Shown here: positions 12,816 to 26,268 of the stretch, in pieces
Position numbering within the stretch: position 1 is the stretch's first letter
Layout: the number at the start of each line of letters is the position of its first letter
Assembly: GCA_013239625.1 (NCBI GenBank)
Contig: MU054466.1
Span: forward strand, 2,108,001 to 2,172,000
Direction: 5' to 3'
DNA length: 64,000 nucleotides
DNA from: Lama guanicoe
Taxonomy: Eukaryota
The notes under the pieces: generated by a model
Told to the model about the DNA's origin: nothing
The model's input: only the letters and a program-made list of their open reading frames with translations
The model's database searches: none
Position numbers and translations under genes: made by a program

Positions 12816-13664
12816 AGAGGCTCGGCTCTCTGGGCGGCCCCTCGTTCGGGTGAAGGTATTTTGAGGTGCCCCGTTCAAAGGCGGGAAGTAAATGCTGGGA
12901 ACATGGCCTCAAAACTGGAGACCGAGCGGGGCAGGGGACTCACTTCAGGGCGTCTACAGCTGCCGGTGGTGTCCACGCAGCCCCTCTGGGGTCTGACTCC
13001 AGGAACGGGGTGCCCCTGGCGGGCAGGGGACAGGGGTTCTCCTGAGCTGTTGGCAGGGCCACCAGGCCCCCTCAGCCCCCACCCCTGTGCCCACACCTGC
13101 TTCCACCTGGAGCCGGTCCCATCTGTACCACTGAAACCAGGTTCAGCTAATTGTGATTTCAAACCTTAATTCCGGATAGAAGTTGGGATTAGGACCCTTC
13201 CATGCGTCTTCCTCTGGCTGTGGCTTGTCAGCAGCTGGGATTCGGAGCATCCCGCTCCTGGCTCCGGCAGACGAGTGGGAGGTGCCAGCGTTGGCATGGC
13301 CAGAAGCGGGGGCTGCAGCGTGCTGGGATAAGCGTCTTTATTTGGCCCTGTCCCTCCCCAAAGCTGAAGCCAAAGCCCCGCCAGGAAACAACATACCCTC
13401 ATTTCCCATTTCGCCCTGCCTGCTGGAGCCACCTGCCCTCAAGTGCCGCTGTCTGCTCCGTGGCACTGGGCACGTGGGTCAGTAGGAGACCACGGGAACT
13501 GGAGAAGGGTAGGTGGCCTCCAAAAAGTGGCACCCTGATGGTGTCTGGAAGCCCAAGCTGCATGCTACCTCCTTGTCCCATCCCCACCTCCCCCCAGCCA
13601 GGCACAGGATGCGCAGGTGATGGGACAGGTGGACACTCACGCATCACCTACCCCGGCCCCGTCT

Positions 13665-14110
13665 TCTTGAAGGGCAACCTGGCGGAATGTAGCAAGAGCC
13701 ATCCCAACCCTTTGACTCCATAATCCCACTCCTGGGACCACATCCTTGGGAAATAATTCAAAAGAAGAAAAAAGTTTGAAGACCAAGGTACTTACAGAAG
13801 CCCCACTGGCTGGATGCTACCTGTCCGGCAGTCAGGTAATAGTTCAGTGACTTACGTGGCAACCACTCAGTGGGATGTTATGCGGCCTTTAAACCTGGTG
13901 GAGAGGAAGACTCAACACAGGGGAGTTGTCTTTGAAATATCATTAAGTGCAGAAGTGGGACACCTGATTATAACCAGGTAAAAACTATGATTACATATAG
14001 ATAAGGAGCAAATGAGACCACAGAGAAATGGAGATAGCAGTGTTCAGATGAAGAAGTTAAGGGTCTAACTCTGAAAAAAAATTGGAGAAATAATAAACTT
14101 AACAAAAGAA
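13665..14110 (+). mobile_element. Old L1 (L1ME-like) ORF2 end and 3-prime UTR fragment
   Basis: ccctttgactccataatcccactcctggga, cagtgggatgttatgcggcctttaaa and atatcattaagtg resemble L1ME 3-prime landmarks; A-rich. Confidence 0.7.
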
Positions 14111-14309
14111 CATTTTCCCTCTGAGACCCCTGCCCCCTGTGCCTTGGGGAGTATCTTAGCCAGGGAGGAGCCGCATCTGTCTGTCCTGTTTGGCGCAGGG
14201 CTCCCTGAAGCATCCTCCATGCCCGCGCGGCAGTGCCAACCTTTCGCGGCAGATGTGAGCCCTGCACACTCCGCCTCTCGCTGTGTCTCCACAGGCAATT
14301 TCCTTTTGT

Positions 14310-14400
14310 TTATTTTTTATCAAGTAAATATGATGTGCAGACACTTGTGCCGAACACTGGGAATATGAATGAGACCCGTCCGTGTGCGGGAGGTGCAGGG
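14310..14400 (-). mobile_element. L2 3-prime fragment
   Basis: caagtaaatatgatgtgcagacacttgtgccgaacactgggaatatgaatgagac resembles the antisense L2 tail. Confidence 0.45.
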
Positions 14401-16186
14401 TGCCAACGCGGAGGGAGGGCGCTAACCTGCCCCCGGCGTGGGGGAGTATCCCCGAGTGACCCTGCAGGAGGGACGCCCCCGCATGTCAGGAACCCCGAGT
14501 GGGATGAGTGGCCTGCGTGAAGAAGGAGCAGTTGCGGAGAGAGGGCAGCCCAAGGCAAGAGGCCGCAGAATCACGTCTCCCCTGGTTGGGAGGACAAGAG
14601 CCAGGTCAAAGGGAGCTTGAGAAACCCAAGCCTGGGGATGTAGCCTGGAACAGTTCCCGCTTAGGCACCGGGCAGAGGCGTCCATTAGCTAGGCACCCCT
14701 CACGCAAGGCTTCCCCACTCCGCATGCCTGAGACCGACTTTCGGTGAGAAGGTCAATGGCGGACTGTTTTCTCAGACAAAGATACCAAACAGGGAACCAG
14801 CCAGAGGCTGAAAATTGTCCAGAGACGTGGGAAGTCAGCCAGTGGTCAGAGACCCCAGCAGAGAGAAGCCAGCACCTCTTGGCCTTCATCCTCCCAACAG
14901 CCCCCAGCCCCTCCCCGCACCCTACCGGCCACTGGGCCCGAGGGACTCCCTTCTGTTTGCCGGTGTCAGAACCTCATGCTGTTGGCCGGGGTGGCCTTGG
15001 CTGGGGTGGAGGGGGTGCAGATGTCAGGGCTAGCAGAAAGGGCAGAGAGCCTTGGTTCTGGGCCTGAGTGCCGCCTTGATGGCTGTGGGGCAGGGCCTGC
15101 AGCTGCAGAGCCACTGTATGTATCCACTCGGTTACAGTCACACCAGCAGAGGTTAGTGGGAGCGTTTCTGCAGTGACTGTAAATAAGGCTTTCTCTGGAG
15201 CTGCAGGAAAGAGGCAGGAGATGATAGGGGAAGAACAGAGAGAGATGCCAGCAACCAGCCAGAGACAGTCCACTCTCTGATCACCCAGCCAGCCTCCGGG
15301 GCTGCCACAGCCTCTGACTTGTAGCCCACATGGTTTTCAAAGGAAGAGACAAACATCCATTGTATAACTAAATAAACAATTACTCCCTCAATTCGGGGGC
15401 AAGACTGGCTAGATTTGAAGGAGCTGAGATGAGTGGAGAGAGGAGAGCAGGGAGAGAAAGAAAGAGAGTGAGCTCACACTTGGGGGTCACAGGGATGCCC
15501 TGAATGCACGCGAATCTTCCAGTGGCCCAGGTGAAGCTTCCCTGAGGGCGAGTGCTCCCCAGGGAGCATCAGTGAACCTGGACAGATGTCCCCCTGGAGA
15601 GGGACGCCTGGCTCAGGACCTGGGGCTGGAAGGGAGGGTGACCGAGGAGGCTGGCGTGTCCTGCTCCTGGGCGATGCTGCCCCTGGGCTGCCTGGTTACC
15701 AGGAGTGGCCTGGGAAGCTTCCTGGCTGAGCATGCGAGGGACACTGGGCCCACGTGGGGAGCAGTCAGACCTCCCTCAAGGTGGATGTCAGGAAGGGGCA
15801 GCCCCCAGGGCATGTCTGACCAGAGCACGTCTGACCTGATGGTCCTCAGGCCACGAGGAGGGGATGAATCGAGGGGCCCTTGCGGTCTAACGTCCAGCAA
15901 TGACCTTAGAGACATGAGGGAGAAGGTCTCACCTCCGTGCCTGCCACCGTGACAGGGAGACCACACCATTCCTGTGAATGACCAGCCCTTAAGGCCAAAA
16001 AGATCATTCGATCATGGGTGCTTTTCTCTGTTCCCTAAATTTAAAGAAAACTATTAATTATAATATTAAGAAGTACATTTAACCCAACAAATATTTGAAA
16101 ACAATACTGTTAGGGAGACTGGAGAGGAGAAAAAGCCAAATGATTCTTTTTTCTTGGGATGAGAAACTCCAGATTTCAAGTCTTGG

Positions 16187-16530
16187 CTGTCTTGGTCTAG
16201 ATTTTTCCCTTGAAAGCAGAGCTTGAGACAAGGGCTTGTGTGCAGGAGGTTTATTCTGGGAGATGAGCTGAAATAAAGAGGGCTGGAAAGTGAGCTGGAA
16301 GGAGGAAAGAGACTGCAGGGTGCATTGTTGAGTGGACGAGCGCAGGGGCAACGGGGCTCAGTCCCACGGAGACCCCCGAGCAGCTGGGCGGAAGGTGCAC
16401 GGCAGGATGGGAGAGGGGAGTTTTAACCACCTGCTCCCGTAGCCCATTGGGAGGGCTGCACCACGGGGTGTTAACCTGGGGGCTCCCCCAGATTTGTTCC
16501 TGCACTGGTCCCTGCAGGCATCGCACGTGT
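16187..16530. mobile_element. Old ERVL/MaLR-class LTR fragment
   Basis: tgtcttggtctag...aagcagagcttgagacaagggcttgtgtgcaggaggtttattctgggagatg resembles ancient eutherian ERVL-type LTR termini; subfamily not assigned. Confidence 0.6.
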
Positions 16531-19481
16531 GGCAGCCTCAGGGAGACAATGACATGCAGTTTGGCTCAGCAAGGGGCGGGCAGGCAGCGACGCCTGGAGT
16601 AGACAGGGAGCTGAGAGGAGGCGAGGTGGGACGCAAGAAGTGTGTGGGGCAGCCCACCTCTTGGGCCCCGTGTTATATCCAGGCCGTCACAGGGCCGCCA
16701 AGGTGACTCCCTCGGGAGTCGAGACTTGCCGGAGACTCGGCGCCACCGGTGTGGCTCCAGCATCACTGGAAGGTTTGTGCTGTGTCCTGGGCCTGCTGCA
16801 GCGCCCTCTCTGCAGGACCTGTGCAGGACTGGCAGCCTTTGGAGACATCAGCATGTGCTGTCTCCCAAGTCCAAAGAGGCTGCTGAGTGCTGTGCCCCTT
16901 CTTGGTGGAGGAGAAATGGGGTGCAGCAGCTCGTCTTTATGAACTTCAAGGGGGCTTCAAGGGGGCGTTCTGGAACGCCTCAGACTCTACTCCACTGAAG
17001 GGCAAGACTTGGACCCTCCTGGGGTTCATCCCTCACCCTCTGACACAGGCATCCTACTGGGGCATTTGGTGTATTTACCGCCTGCTGCCCACCCGGTCCA
17101 ATGAGCATGGTCTCAGCCTAGGGGGTGAGCATGACGTTCTCTGAAACGTCACAGTGATCACAGACCTGTAGACGCTGTGATGAAGAGCAGGAGGGAAATT
17201 ACAGCCCTGCGTCAAGACAGAATGTGTACTGTGATCCTTCCTGTGTAAAAGCGAAGAGATTTTAACCCTCTTTACTGATAGGGATTGGGAAGAACACATT
17301 TTCCACATCGGTGACCAGGTACCAAGTAATAGATTCCTTCTGATAAACGAGGCGCTGCAGTCTGTGCCCAGAGGCTTGGTTAGGTGCGCGGGGGTCCGCC
17401 GCCACGCAGCAAGACCCAGCTGGTCCTTACAGGCGAGTTGACAGGGATACGAGGGCGGCCTCCACCCTCGCTTCCTTCAAGTCCTTTATGGTGGACCCAG
17501 TCTCCACAGTGTTCCTGGGGGTGGGAGGACCTGTTAGTTTTTCTGATGTGCTGTCTTGGCCGGGCTGGGGGAAGGTTCACGGGCTTCCACTTGGCCCCTC
17601 CAGGTCAGAGAACCAACAAGAGGGTTGTGCCGATGCTAAGTCTGTTTGTCCACAATGACACATGGGAGATGAGAGACCCAACTACTGGATGGGTCTGTGA
17701 GCCCACAGGACTCGCTGCAAGATGGGCTTGGGTCAGGGTGTCGTGTGTCTCTGGCTTTCCGTGGACGGCCTTCCACCTGGTGGCCGTGACAGCGTTTCTG
17801 TGCCACTGGTGCCTGTGTCAGCTCTGCTCACGTCTCCTAGAGCCTCTGGAGTCTGGATAGCCCTCCTTTCCCAGGCGCAGGTTCTCTGGCAAATGTCACA
17901 GTTCCCTCTGGGGAAGGGTTAGGGGACTGTCACTGCCGTGGCATGGCCAAGCCCTCCCTAGTCTTCCCTCCGATCAGTGGGCTCTGACCTGAGAACTGCC
18001 TTAGACCTGGAGCTGGCTGAGGTATGGCCAGTTTCCACTGCGACGGCCGGGAGCGGTCTTCTGCTCACGGGCTCTCCGTCTCTTCCCGGTTATAGGAATC
18101 AAGCAGCACCCTCGGTGGCCACCCGCCCGTCTCACCCCCAGGCACTGCGTGGTCAGCTGGCCACAGATTCTGCGGTTCAGGGCACCCTGGTTGCTGCCGA
18201 GCCTACTGACCATGGTGGTGCTGACAGCCACCCTGCCTTTGACGGTTCAGTGTGCCCACCGGCCCTCTGCTATTCTGGAATCTTCTCACCCTCACTGACA
18301 CCAAGGAGCCCAGTTAGTGGCAGTATCTCCTAATGAAAACCTAGCCTGCAGAAGGCAGCTGCTTCTTATGCTCCTCAGATTTCGGTGCCCCTCCACAAAG
18401 CATTTCTCATCACCTTTGTGAAGGGGGGTATCCCCTGGACCATCCTGGGCAGCGTCAGCTGGTGGGGTCTCTGGTCACCCCACCCTGGGTCTTCTGACGC
18501 TTCTTCAATATTCTGCCAAAGTAGTTTCAGTGTCTCTACCTCGTTTACTGAAAACCACCGACATATCTGTGCTTGAAGGAGCTGGTTATTAGATTGGCTC
18601 AGATGGCCTTGCGTCGTGGCGGGGGTGGGGGCTGCTTTTGTGCCAATAATTTCTCCCCTATCCAGACTTAAAATCTGCCCACCCTGATCCGACTCCTTCA
18701 GAATCTACTCTGGCTCCTGCTCCCTAGTTCCGGCTGTGTGTGTCAGTCTCCTCCTGGAGCTGGGGAGGTCTCCCCACTTGGCCTTTGCTGCACCCCAACT
18801 CTGGCTACTAGTCTTATGAAGATGAGAGAAGGTAGGGGCAGCTTTCAACGGGACAAGCAGTATCTCGTAAGAAACCTCAAGTGAGGTCTTCGCTGGTTCT
18901 CCGGGTAAGGAGAGCCAGCTTTCTTCTGGCAAGGAGGAGGGGGCTCCTCTGCCAGTTCAGCGAGTTTAGGAAAGTCAGGGAACCCTCAGGACCCTCAGGC
19001 TCATCCCCACATGTGTTTGCCTCCCTTGGCCCCACTCTTTCTTTCTGGGGCTCTGATTTTAGCAAAGGAGACGTGTCGCATCTGTGTGTTCAGGCGCCTT
19101 TGTCACTTTGCTACCCTTGTAATTAAATCCTGGGGCTTTAGAAGATAAGGTCTGTTTAAGTACTTCCACGGAGGCCAGTGTCCCTTGAGCTGAAATTCAG
19201 CTCACCTGAGACTGTCATTTCCTATTTTGAAGGCTTTGAACGCCAACCGACTCCACAGTCCTTACGATTACCACCGCCCCAGACCATTGCCACCGCTGCT
19301 GCATAACCACATTCTCCACCCTCCACCTTCCCCTTCCTCCGTCCTCCACCAGAGAGTCTGTGAGTGTGACTGCCCTACATACCAGGGTTTGTCACAAGCC
19401 TGTATGGCATCAGCCGTGGGGTCCCTAGCAAAGTCTGACTGTGGCGATCGCTCAGTTCCAGAATCCCATCCGGAGGGGCTG

Positions 19482-19900
19482 CCTTAGCTTGGTTTCCCCC
19501 CAGACACCAGCCGGGAGAAGTGTTCAAAGGCGGGGAGCGTGTTTGGAGAAGTCCAGAGGGGGATATGAAAGATAAAGAGGCATAACCGGCCCGGGGGTGT
19601 GGTTGAGCTGATCACCACTGTGGGCAACCGAGATCAGGGCCGAGGGGCCACGGGCGGATCCACGTGAGGGCTGGAAAGGAAGCACCGCCCTCCAGGTCCC
19701 TTCCCTCCAGGCAAGCTTTGCTCCATACGCCGTTGCCTCTGCACACCTCCAGGTTTGCCCGTGCGTCAGAGCAGCTGAGTGGGTTCCCACAGGTGCCCAC
19801 ACAGCAGCAGCAGAAAAGCCCCAGGGCAGAAACTGAAATGTGTGCTGAGGGGCCGCGCTATCAGGTTACAGCCGTGCGCAGCTGGCTGCAGTGGGGAAGG
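19482..19900. mobile_element. Degenerate ERVL/MaLR-class LTR fragment
   Basis: ccttagcttggtttcccccagacaccagccgggagaagtgttcaaagg resembles the same LTR type as at 16.2 kb. Confidence 0.4.
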
Positions 19901-20838
19901 CAGGAGTTAAGGGTGGATGGGAGGCGGGGCACAGGGAGTGTCCGACACCTGGGCTCAAGCTGTGAGATCTTGGGCAGATCCCCTGCCCGGACAGAGGACC
20001 ACTGCGGGAACCAATCTGCAAGACCGGGTGTGAGAAGCATGTGAGATTGTGTTGGGGAAAGCCGTGTACGCTGGAGAGCTCTGCCCTAGTGGAAGGGACT
20101 GGCAGTCATGGTGCATGGGGGCGGCACCCTGGGCAGGGCCCCAAAGTTTCCTGGGACTGCCTCTCCTCCCCATGATGCTTCAAGCCCCCAGGTTTCTCCC
20201 CTTCTTCTAAGACAAGAAGTGCCTGTAGATTCTATGGCAGGAGGAAGCACAGGCCATCTCAGACACGCCCCAGGCCTTGTGCTGCCCCCTCTGGAGTCCT
20301 CCCCACCTAGGCCCTGGCCCACCCAACCCCTCGTTCCAGGGAAGCCTTGTCAGTACCTCCAAGAGCACCCAGGGGACCTACGGTATTCTCCCAGTCATGA
20401 CTGCTGACATTGCAGAGATGTGTGTCATCACCCAGCTTGTGACAGCTCCCAGTGAGGCAGGCAGGAGGAGGAGGATGAGACAGATGCTCTAGAGAGAGGG
20501 TGGTGTAAGCCTAGCATTTGGGTCGTCGGCTGCAGTGGAGGAGGTGCAGCGAAAGGAGGTCTGAAAGTTGAAGGCAACTTTTAAGGAAGTTTGCCTGAGT
20601 CTGCCCCGGGCTCTTCATCAGTCTCCCCCAGACTCCGATGAAGTCGGGAAGGTTTGGGGGGAAAGGAAGCATGTGGGAAGGGGGTGAGGAGGCAGAGAGA
20701 TGAGCACAGCACTGGGGGAGCACGGAGGGACCGGCTTCCACCTCCAACACCTCCAAGGGGCTGCGGGGGGTTATGGTTGGAAAAAAAATGTGGTAGACTA
20801 GCAGATGCATTTTACATGTTCTGGAAAATACCCCCGCG

Positions 20839-20915
20839 AGAGGAAGGGGAAGGGAGAGGGAGAGAAGGAGGGAGAGAGGGAGGGAGGGAGAGAGAGAGAA
20901 GAAATGAAAGAAAAT
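20839..20915. repeat. Polypurine (GA-rich) low-complexity tract
   Basis: About 70 nt almost entirely G/A (gaggaaggggaagggagagggagagaaggagggagagagggagggagggagagagagagaag). Confidence 0.9.
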
Positions 20916-21235
20916 CTCTTGAGAGGATGAAATCACCGGTGCCCCTAGGGTTGGGAGAGACAACCGCTCGCCAGCAGGCACGTTCAGGACCAGGGACAGC
21001 AGCCCAGCAGTCCCGGCTGCCTGTTGGGCCCACAGTCCCCTGAAGATCCCACTTGTGCTCCTGGAAGCTTGGTTTTCTGTATCCCAGCAGAGTTGGCCAT
21101 CGATTTCCCTCTATCCACCTCCCTCAGTCCCCCACATTCCCTTTAAAAGTATCCAGAATTCCTTCTCAGCCCATTAACTGCAGAGCCCAGACGGGCAGGT
21201 CTGCTCCAACGTGGAGGACAGGCGGGAGCGATCCT

Positions 21236-21255
21236 GGGTGGGTGGGTGGGAAGGG
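21236..21255 (+). other. Canonical G-quadruplex motif (GGGT)3GGG-AA-GGG
   Basis: gggtgggtgggtgggaaggg: four G3 tracts with 1-nt loops plus a fifth tract. Confidence 0.75.
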
Positions 21256-22259
21256 CTCCTCGCTGGGGCAGCACCCGGGCCACCTCTGCTGCTCAGCTCG
21301 CAGCGGAATCGGATCAGGATGGATTTACATGCCGCTTTCTGTTTCTGTTTTGTGGGAAGAGAAGGTAATGTTTAAAGGAACAAGGAGAGAAGAGAGGTCT
21401 TATGGAGCACAGAGGTGTGTGGGAGTGGATGCAGGAGGAGCTGAGGACAGCGGAGACGCTGGCGATCATAGTGGGCTCATCCTGAGGGCACTGGGATGTG
21501 GCTGGCCCAGCTGCCCACCTCCTAAGATGCCCAAGGATGCATGACTTCCTTCCCGTGGTCCCCCCAACATGGCTGAGGAAAGGATCTCCGGGACTTGCCT
21601 CTGTATGAGATGGGGGCTAAGGGGTCTCAGATCCATCCACCAGGTCAGTTTTGGGGGATTTGTCCCCTTCCCCTGCGAAGGTTTGCTCTCTGTGCAAAGT
21701 TCCCTTTTTTTTTTTTTCATTATTGAGTTGATGTGTGGGTTTCTGCCAGCCCAGCAAAGCTTTCTTGGCTTCAGCAACTCCCCACGGATATGCCCCATGA
21801 AACCTCACAGCCCATCCTGCCAAGGCATGCGTCCCATAGCCCCCCTCTGGTGCAGCAAGGAGCCAGATGTGTAGAGACACAGGACTCTCCCCCGGCCCTG
21901 CTGCCCTCACAGGGGCACCTCTGCCTATCTCAGGTCTGGGCAGAGACCACCCTGTCTTGTGGCTCTGTCTATGGGGCTTCTTATGTTTGCTCTTAGCCTG
22001 GGAGGGCAGAGCGAACGCCCTCCATGGTGCCTGCCGCATCTGCCAGGCGATTCTAGGGCTTTGAATCTCCCCTGGAACCTCATCCTTTGGCCCCTCGGGG
22101 TTGCTGCAGCAAACAGCATACGTCTCGTGGGCTCGCTGCTCTCCAGAGGCCTTCCCATGCCTCTCCGTCCCCAGCAGACCGGCAGCTTGGGCACAAACCA
22201 AGAGGCCACTTTGCTTACAAAAGTGTGAAGCGCACAGCGCTTTGGCCACCTGCCGTCTC

Positions 22260-22332
22260 ACTGAGCCTTGGGCAAGAGTTAGGGTGCTCTTCTCCCCATT
22301 TTGCAGATAAGAGGACAGAGATGTGGAAGGCT
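22260..22332 (-). mobile_element. MIR core
   Basis: tctccccattttgcagataagaggacagag. Confidence 0.6.
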
Positions 22333-22337
22333 TTAGA

Positions 22338-22482
22338 GCAGACCCTTCCAGTAGAGCTTCCCGCTGCCGTGGAAATGTTGTACATTAGCACTCAGCATAG
22401 TAGCCACTGGCCACGTGCGGCCACCGAGCACTTGAATGGGATGCAGTGGAGGAACTGGGGTTTGCTTCTATTTAATTTTAAT
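22338..22482. mobile_element. MER3-like hAT-Charlie DNA transposon (partial)
   Basis: ggaaatgttgtac...gtagccactggccacgtgcggccaccgagcacttgaa...gaggaactg...tatttaattttaatt follows the MER3 consensus. Confidence 0.75.
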
Positions 22483-23334
22483 TGCAGCTCTAGAGACTGA
22501 CTTAAGAGCAGCTAATTTCTTTCAGAACTGGGACCAAATCAGGCTCTTCTAGGTCACCTGTTCCCACCATAGAGGTTGTGGGCACCTCGAGGTCTACTGT
22601 TGGATTCAGAACAGCCGATGTCTGGCCGTGACCTCTTCCTTGACTCTCACCTGGGCTAATTTCTCTCCCTGGAGGGAACCTCAAGACCTGCCACTCAGCA
22701 CGGTGGGGGGGGGGCAGAGGGGTCAGGGCCCAGGCACGCTCCCTGCCCTCATTCCTATTCCCACACCTGCTGGGGGGAGGGCAGAAAATGTGAGAGCTGT
22801 GGGAGGAATTGTCCCAGTGAGGTGGAGGGGGTGGCAGAACAGGCTGAAGCCCGCCTGAGGGGCATGGCCCGCTTCCCGCCAGCCTCCGCGGGTGGTGCCT
22901 GGCAGAGGCCCCCCAGAGCAGCCTGGCTGCAGAGGTGGCCCCTAGTTTCCTTTTCTGACAACTGCTTGCCGCCCTGCCTGTGCCTCCAGAGAAGACAGGG
23001 TGAGCCGGCCAGACCCCACCCCCTTACCCCTGTGGCACCCTTCCCTGTGTGGGTTCTGCTCCACAGGGACAGCGCCCACTGGCCTTCCCCTGGCCAGAGT
23101 CATGCAGACCTCCTCCTCCTCTCCCGGAGAACCAGCTCTCAGTTAACAGTCTCACAACTGGGCTGCAGCCTCGGTGCGATCAGCATCTTTGTGGAAGGGG
23201 ATTTGCACCTTGCCACTGGAAAACGCACAGCACTCAGCTTCGGAAAGCTCTCAGGTGTGGAGCAGAGCTTCTGACACCCCTAACAGTCGCAGCAGAGTGG
23301 CCGGATCCCCGGGCAGCATGTGCAGGCGGTCGAG

Positions 23335-23465
23335 TGGGGTATAACTTTCCTGAGCCTCAGTGTCCCCCACTGTACTCGTCTGTCTCTCAGGGACGTGTGA
23401 GGCACGTTCAAGTGACGTACGGGAAGTGCTTTGTGAGCTGGTGTGCAGGACACAAACATCAGTGC
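23335..23465 (+). mobile_element. MIR
   Basis: taactttcctgagcctcagtgtccccc core and gaagtgctttgtgagctg tail. Confidence 0.65.
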
Positions 23466-24524
23466 TTCGCTGTGGCCTTAGCGCTGGGCCCTTGAGGACC
23501 AGAAGGACATCTGCATCAACCTCCCAACAGGGGCACCTGTGCCTGTGTGGATGGAGAGGAGGCGGGCATGGCCAGGGCAGAGGGCTTTCACGGAGCCCTC
23601 TGGGAGTTTGCTTTTTGGTCTGGTCCAGCGCAGGGACTAACCAGTCGCTGCCTCCATAGCACTCGTGAGATGACAGTCCATCCCACACTCTCCCGACACA
23701 GAACGAGGCCCTCAGTTGGTGAAATCACATGGCAGGCTGAGAAAATCAGAAGCAGGTGCCCACGTTGTGGGTGCACGTGGTCTCGGTTGCCTAGTGTAGA
23801 GACAGGACCCCCTTTCCATGCCAGGATCTCTATGTGGGGCGCAGGGTGGGGTATGCAGAAGAAAGACAGCACAGAGCAATGGATTCATTGTGTTTTCCCC
23901 ATCCTGCCTTCCCTCCCTGCCCTACAAAGGGAAATGGGTGGCCATAAAGACAGGTGTCCGTTCAGATACAACCCCCTTGGTCACCAAGCTCACAGTTCTA
24001 GAGGAGGGATGGGTCTCCCCACCTCCAGCTGCATGGAAGATATATCTGTTGAAAGAAATATCTGTTTCCTGGTTTGCCCCGGGGAGAAGAGTGCTCAAAA
24101 TAGCACCAGTGGAGGAAGGTGAGGAGAGTGATGGAGAGACACATGCTCAGAGACAGGAAGACGTGGAGGGAGAGAGGCAGAGAGAGAAGCCCAGCGAGAG
24201 ACAGAGAACAAGGTGCGGTTGCCCCAGAGGAGGGCTGTGAGTGGGGGTGCATGAGAGAAAACACAGCTCATGGGATTCAGTGTGGCCTCCAGGCCTCGTG
24301 CCTCCCACCCATGCCCAGCCACCCGCATAGGCAGAAGCCTTGAAGCAGAAATTAAGGTGCCCTCCAACATCCCTCCTGGGCAGAACCCAGGAAGGAGCCC
24401 CAGCTCCCACTGCGTTCAATTCAGCGGGTGTCCGCCACCCCGGGGGGATGGTCTGGGCTGGTTTCCGCCTGGTGGGCCCAGCGTACTTCTGGGGCACACC
24501 CCTCACCATCAACCAGCGTGACTT

Positions 24525-24710
24525 CTGAGAATGTAAACACATTTGAGCATAAGCCAGAACAAACAGTAATTAGAAAGGTAAATCCGGAGCAAAAATAAGC
24601 AGAATGCAACTCGGAGTCAAGTAAGAATCATTTGCGGCTCTCTGCTCTTTCTGAATTATCAGCGGCACGTTCCACTCCATGTACGTGCATAGTTGAGAGT
24701 TAACGATACT
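24525..24710. promoter_or_regulatory. Candidate enhancer (FOX/homeodomain motifs)
   Basis: AT-rich unique island with TGTAAACA, AACAAACA, GTAATTAG, CAAAAATAAG and TGAATTAT. Confidence 0.45.
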
Positions 24711-24877
24711 TCCTGTCCCCAGGCTTGGGAGATGATCGGGGCAAATTTTGTCCATTGAGGTGCAGAGAAAGGCAACTGCACCGGCTGTCTCACTTGGCCG
24801 CTGCAGGGACAAGGGACCCAGAACAAAGCCCGGCATTTGGAGGTACTCAGTGGATACCTGTTGATTTAATTAGCATG

Positions 24878-25090
24878 CTTTATTGAGCATCTACTGTGTG
24901 CCAGCTCCTTCGTATGCAGAATGTCTTTGAATCCTGCAGTGCTGGAGGGAGGTGTTGTGTCCCATTCTTAAAGATGCAGAAAGCACAGCTCAAGATGTTG
25001 AAGCACTTGCTCCAAGCCACGTGGCTGGTCGGGTCAGAAACGGGCTTGCCTCCAGCTTGGGGCGACTCCCAAGCCTGAGTGTGGCGCACC
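24878..25090 (-). mobile_element. MIR, near full length, preceded by an L2 tail on the + strand (about 24815-24870)
   Basis: tttattgagcatctactgtgtgccag ... cccattcttaaagatgcagaaa ... aagcacttgctccaagccacgtggct. Confidence 0.75.
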
Positions 25091-26006
25091 GCTTCCTGCC
25101 GGTAGAGAGCTCCGGAAGTGCTGAGGCTGCGTGTGGCAGGAGGCGGGAGCCCTGGGGCTGCAGTCCTCCCAGAAGCTCAGCTCCGCTTTCGTTCCTCAGG
25201 TGGGAGGGGTGACGACTTAGATGCCAAGGGACTCTGCACCCTGGACACTCCTCTGCTCTCTGCGATTCATCTTACTCATCTGGTGACATGGGAAGAGTGA
25301 TAGACATCCTTCCCCCTGCCTGTGAGGGGGCTGGGTGTATTTAGATGAGGCTGCGGGTACTCCTGGGTGCCCGAGATCCAGTCTGTCCAAAGCACTCTGA
25401 TGATGATGGTAATGATTGCCCTGCCCTGTATCACTGGAACGGAATTTCCGAAGCCTCTCACTCTACACCGGAGAGGAAAATCAATATGCTCCCCCAGGAG
25501 CCAAATGCAAGCAAGTTCAGCCCCAGGGGAGCTGGCTGCTGGGATGCCTTCTCCCAGTGCAGGTCAGGGGGCAGAAGTGCCAGCCGTGAGCCAAGCCCCA
25601 GAGCTGAGAGGCACTTAGCGTGAGGGTCTCCTTGTCCTGGGCAGAAGGCGAGAGTAAGAAGGAAAGCCGGCCCACCACTACCACCCACTGGCCCCTGGGT
25701 CTGTGCACCTGCGCTGGCAGGACGTAATGGCAGGCCTCAGTCCCAGGCATCGGGGTGGAGTAAACAGAAACCAAGCAACATAAATAGATTTCAGTGGAGC
25801 AAACCCCGTTGCTGGACGTCTGTCTTTGGGCTGGGGGGGACCAGCGTGTGCTTTCTGCCAGAGGAGACTTCATTCTCTGGACCCTCCACGAGAAGAGACC
25901 CAGTGGACTGCTCCTCCTGTATCCCACCATGGGCCTGGCACTGTTGCAAGCAGTGAGTGGGTGGTGCCAGGGCTGAGTGCAAAGACATCGTGCCCCGGCT
26001 CAAGAT

Positions 26007-26268
26007 CAGTGCTTCCCGGTGAAAGTATAGTGGAAACCACATATGTCCATGTAACCTTCCAGTACCCACACCAAAAACGGAAAAAGAAACCAGTGGGATT
26101 AATTTTCATGATACTCTTTATTTAACCAAGTATATCCAAAATATTATTATTTCACCATGTAATTGGATCCACAAGTTATTTTTCATTTCTTCTACAGTAC
26201 CCAGTCTTCAAAATCTGGCTTGTATTTTATACACACAGGGCTAGTGTCTCCTGTGTTGGACAGCGCTG
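26007..26268. mobile_element. MER33 hAT-Charlie DNA transposon
   Basis: aaaagaaaccagtgggattaattttcatgatactctttatttaaccaagtatatccaaaatattat, terminal ttggacagcgctg and an adjacent tctaga target-site motif. Confidence 0.85.
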
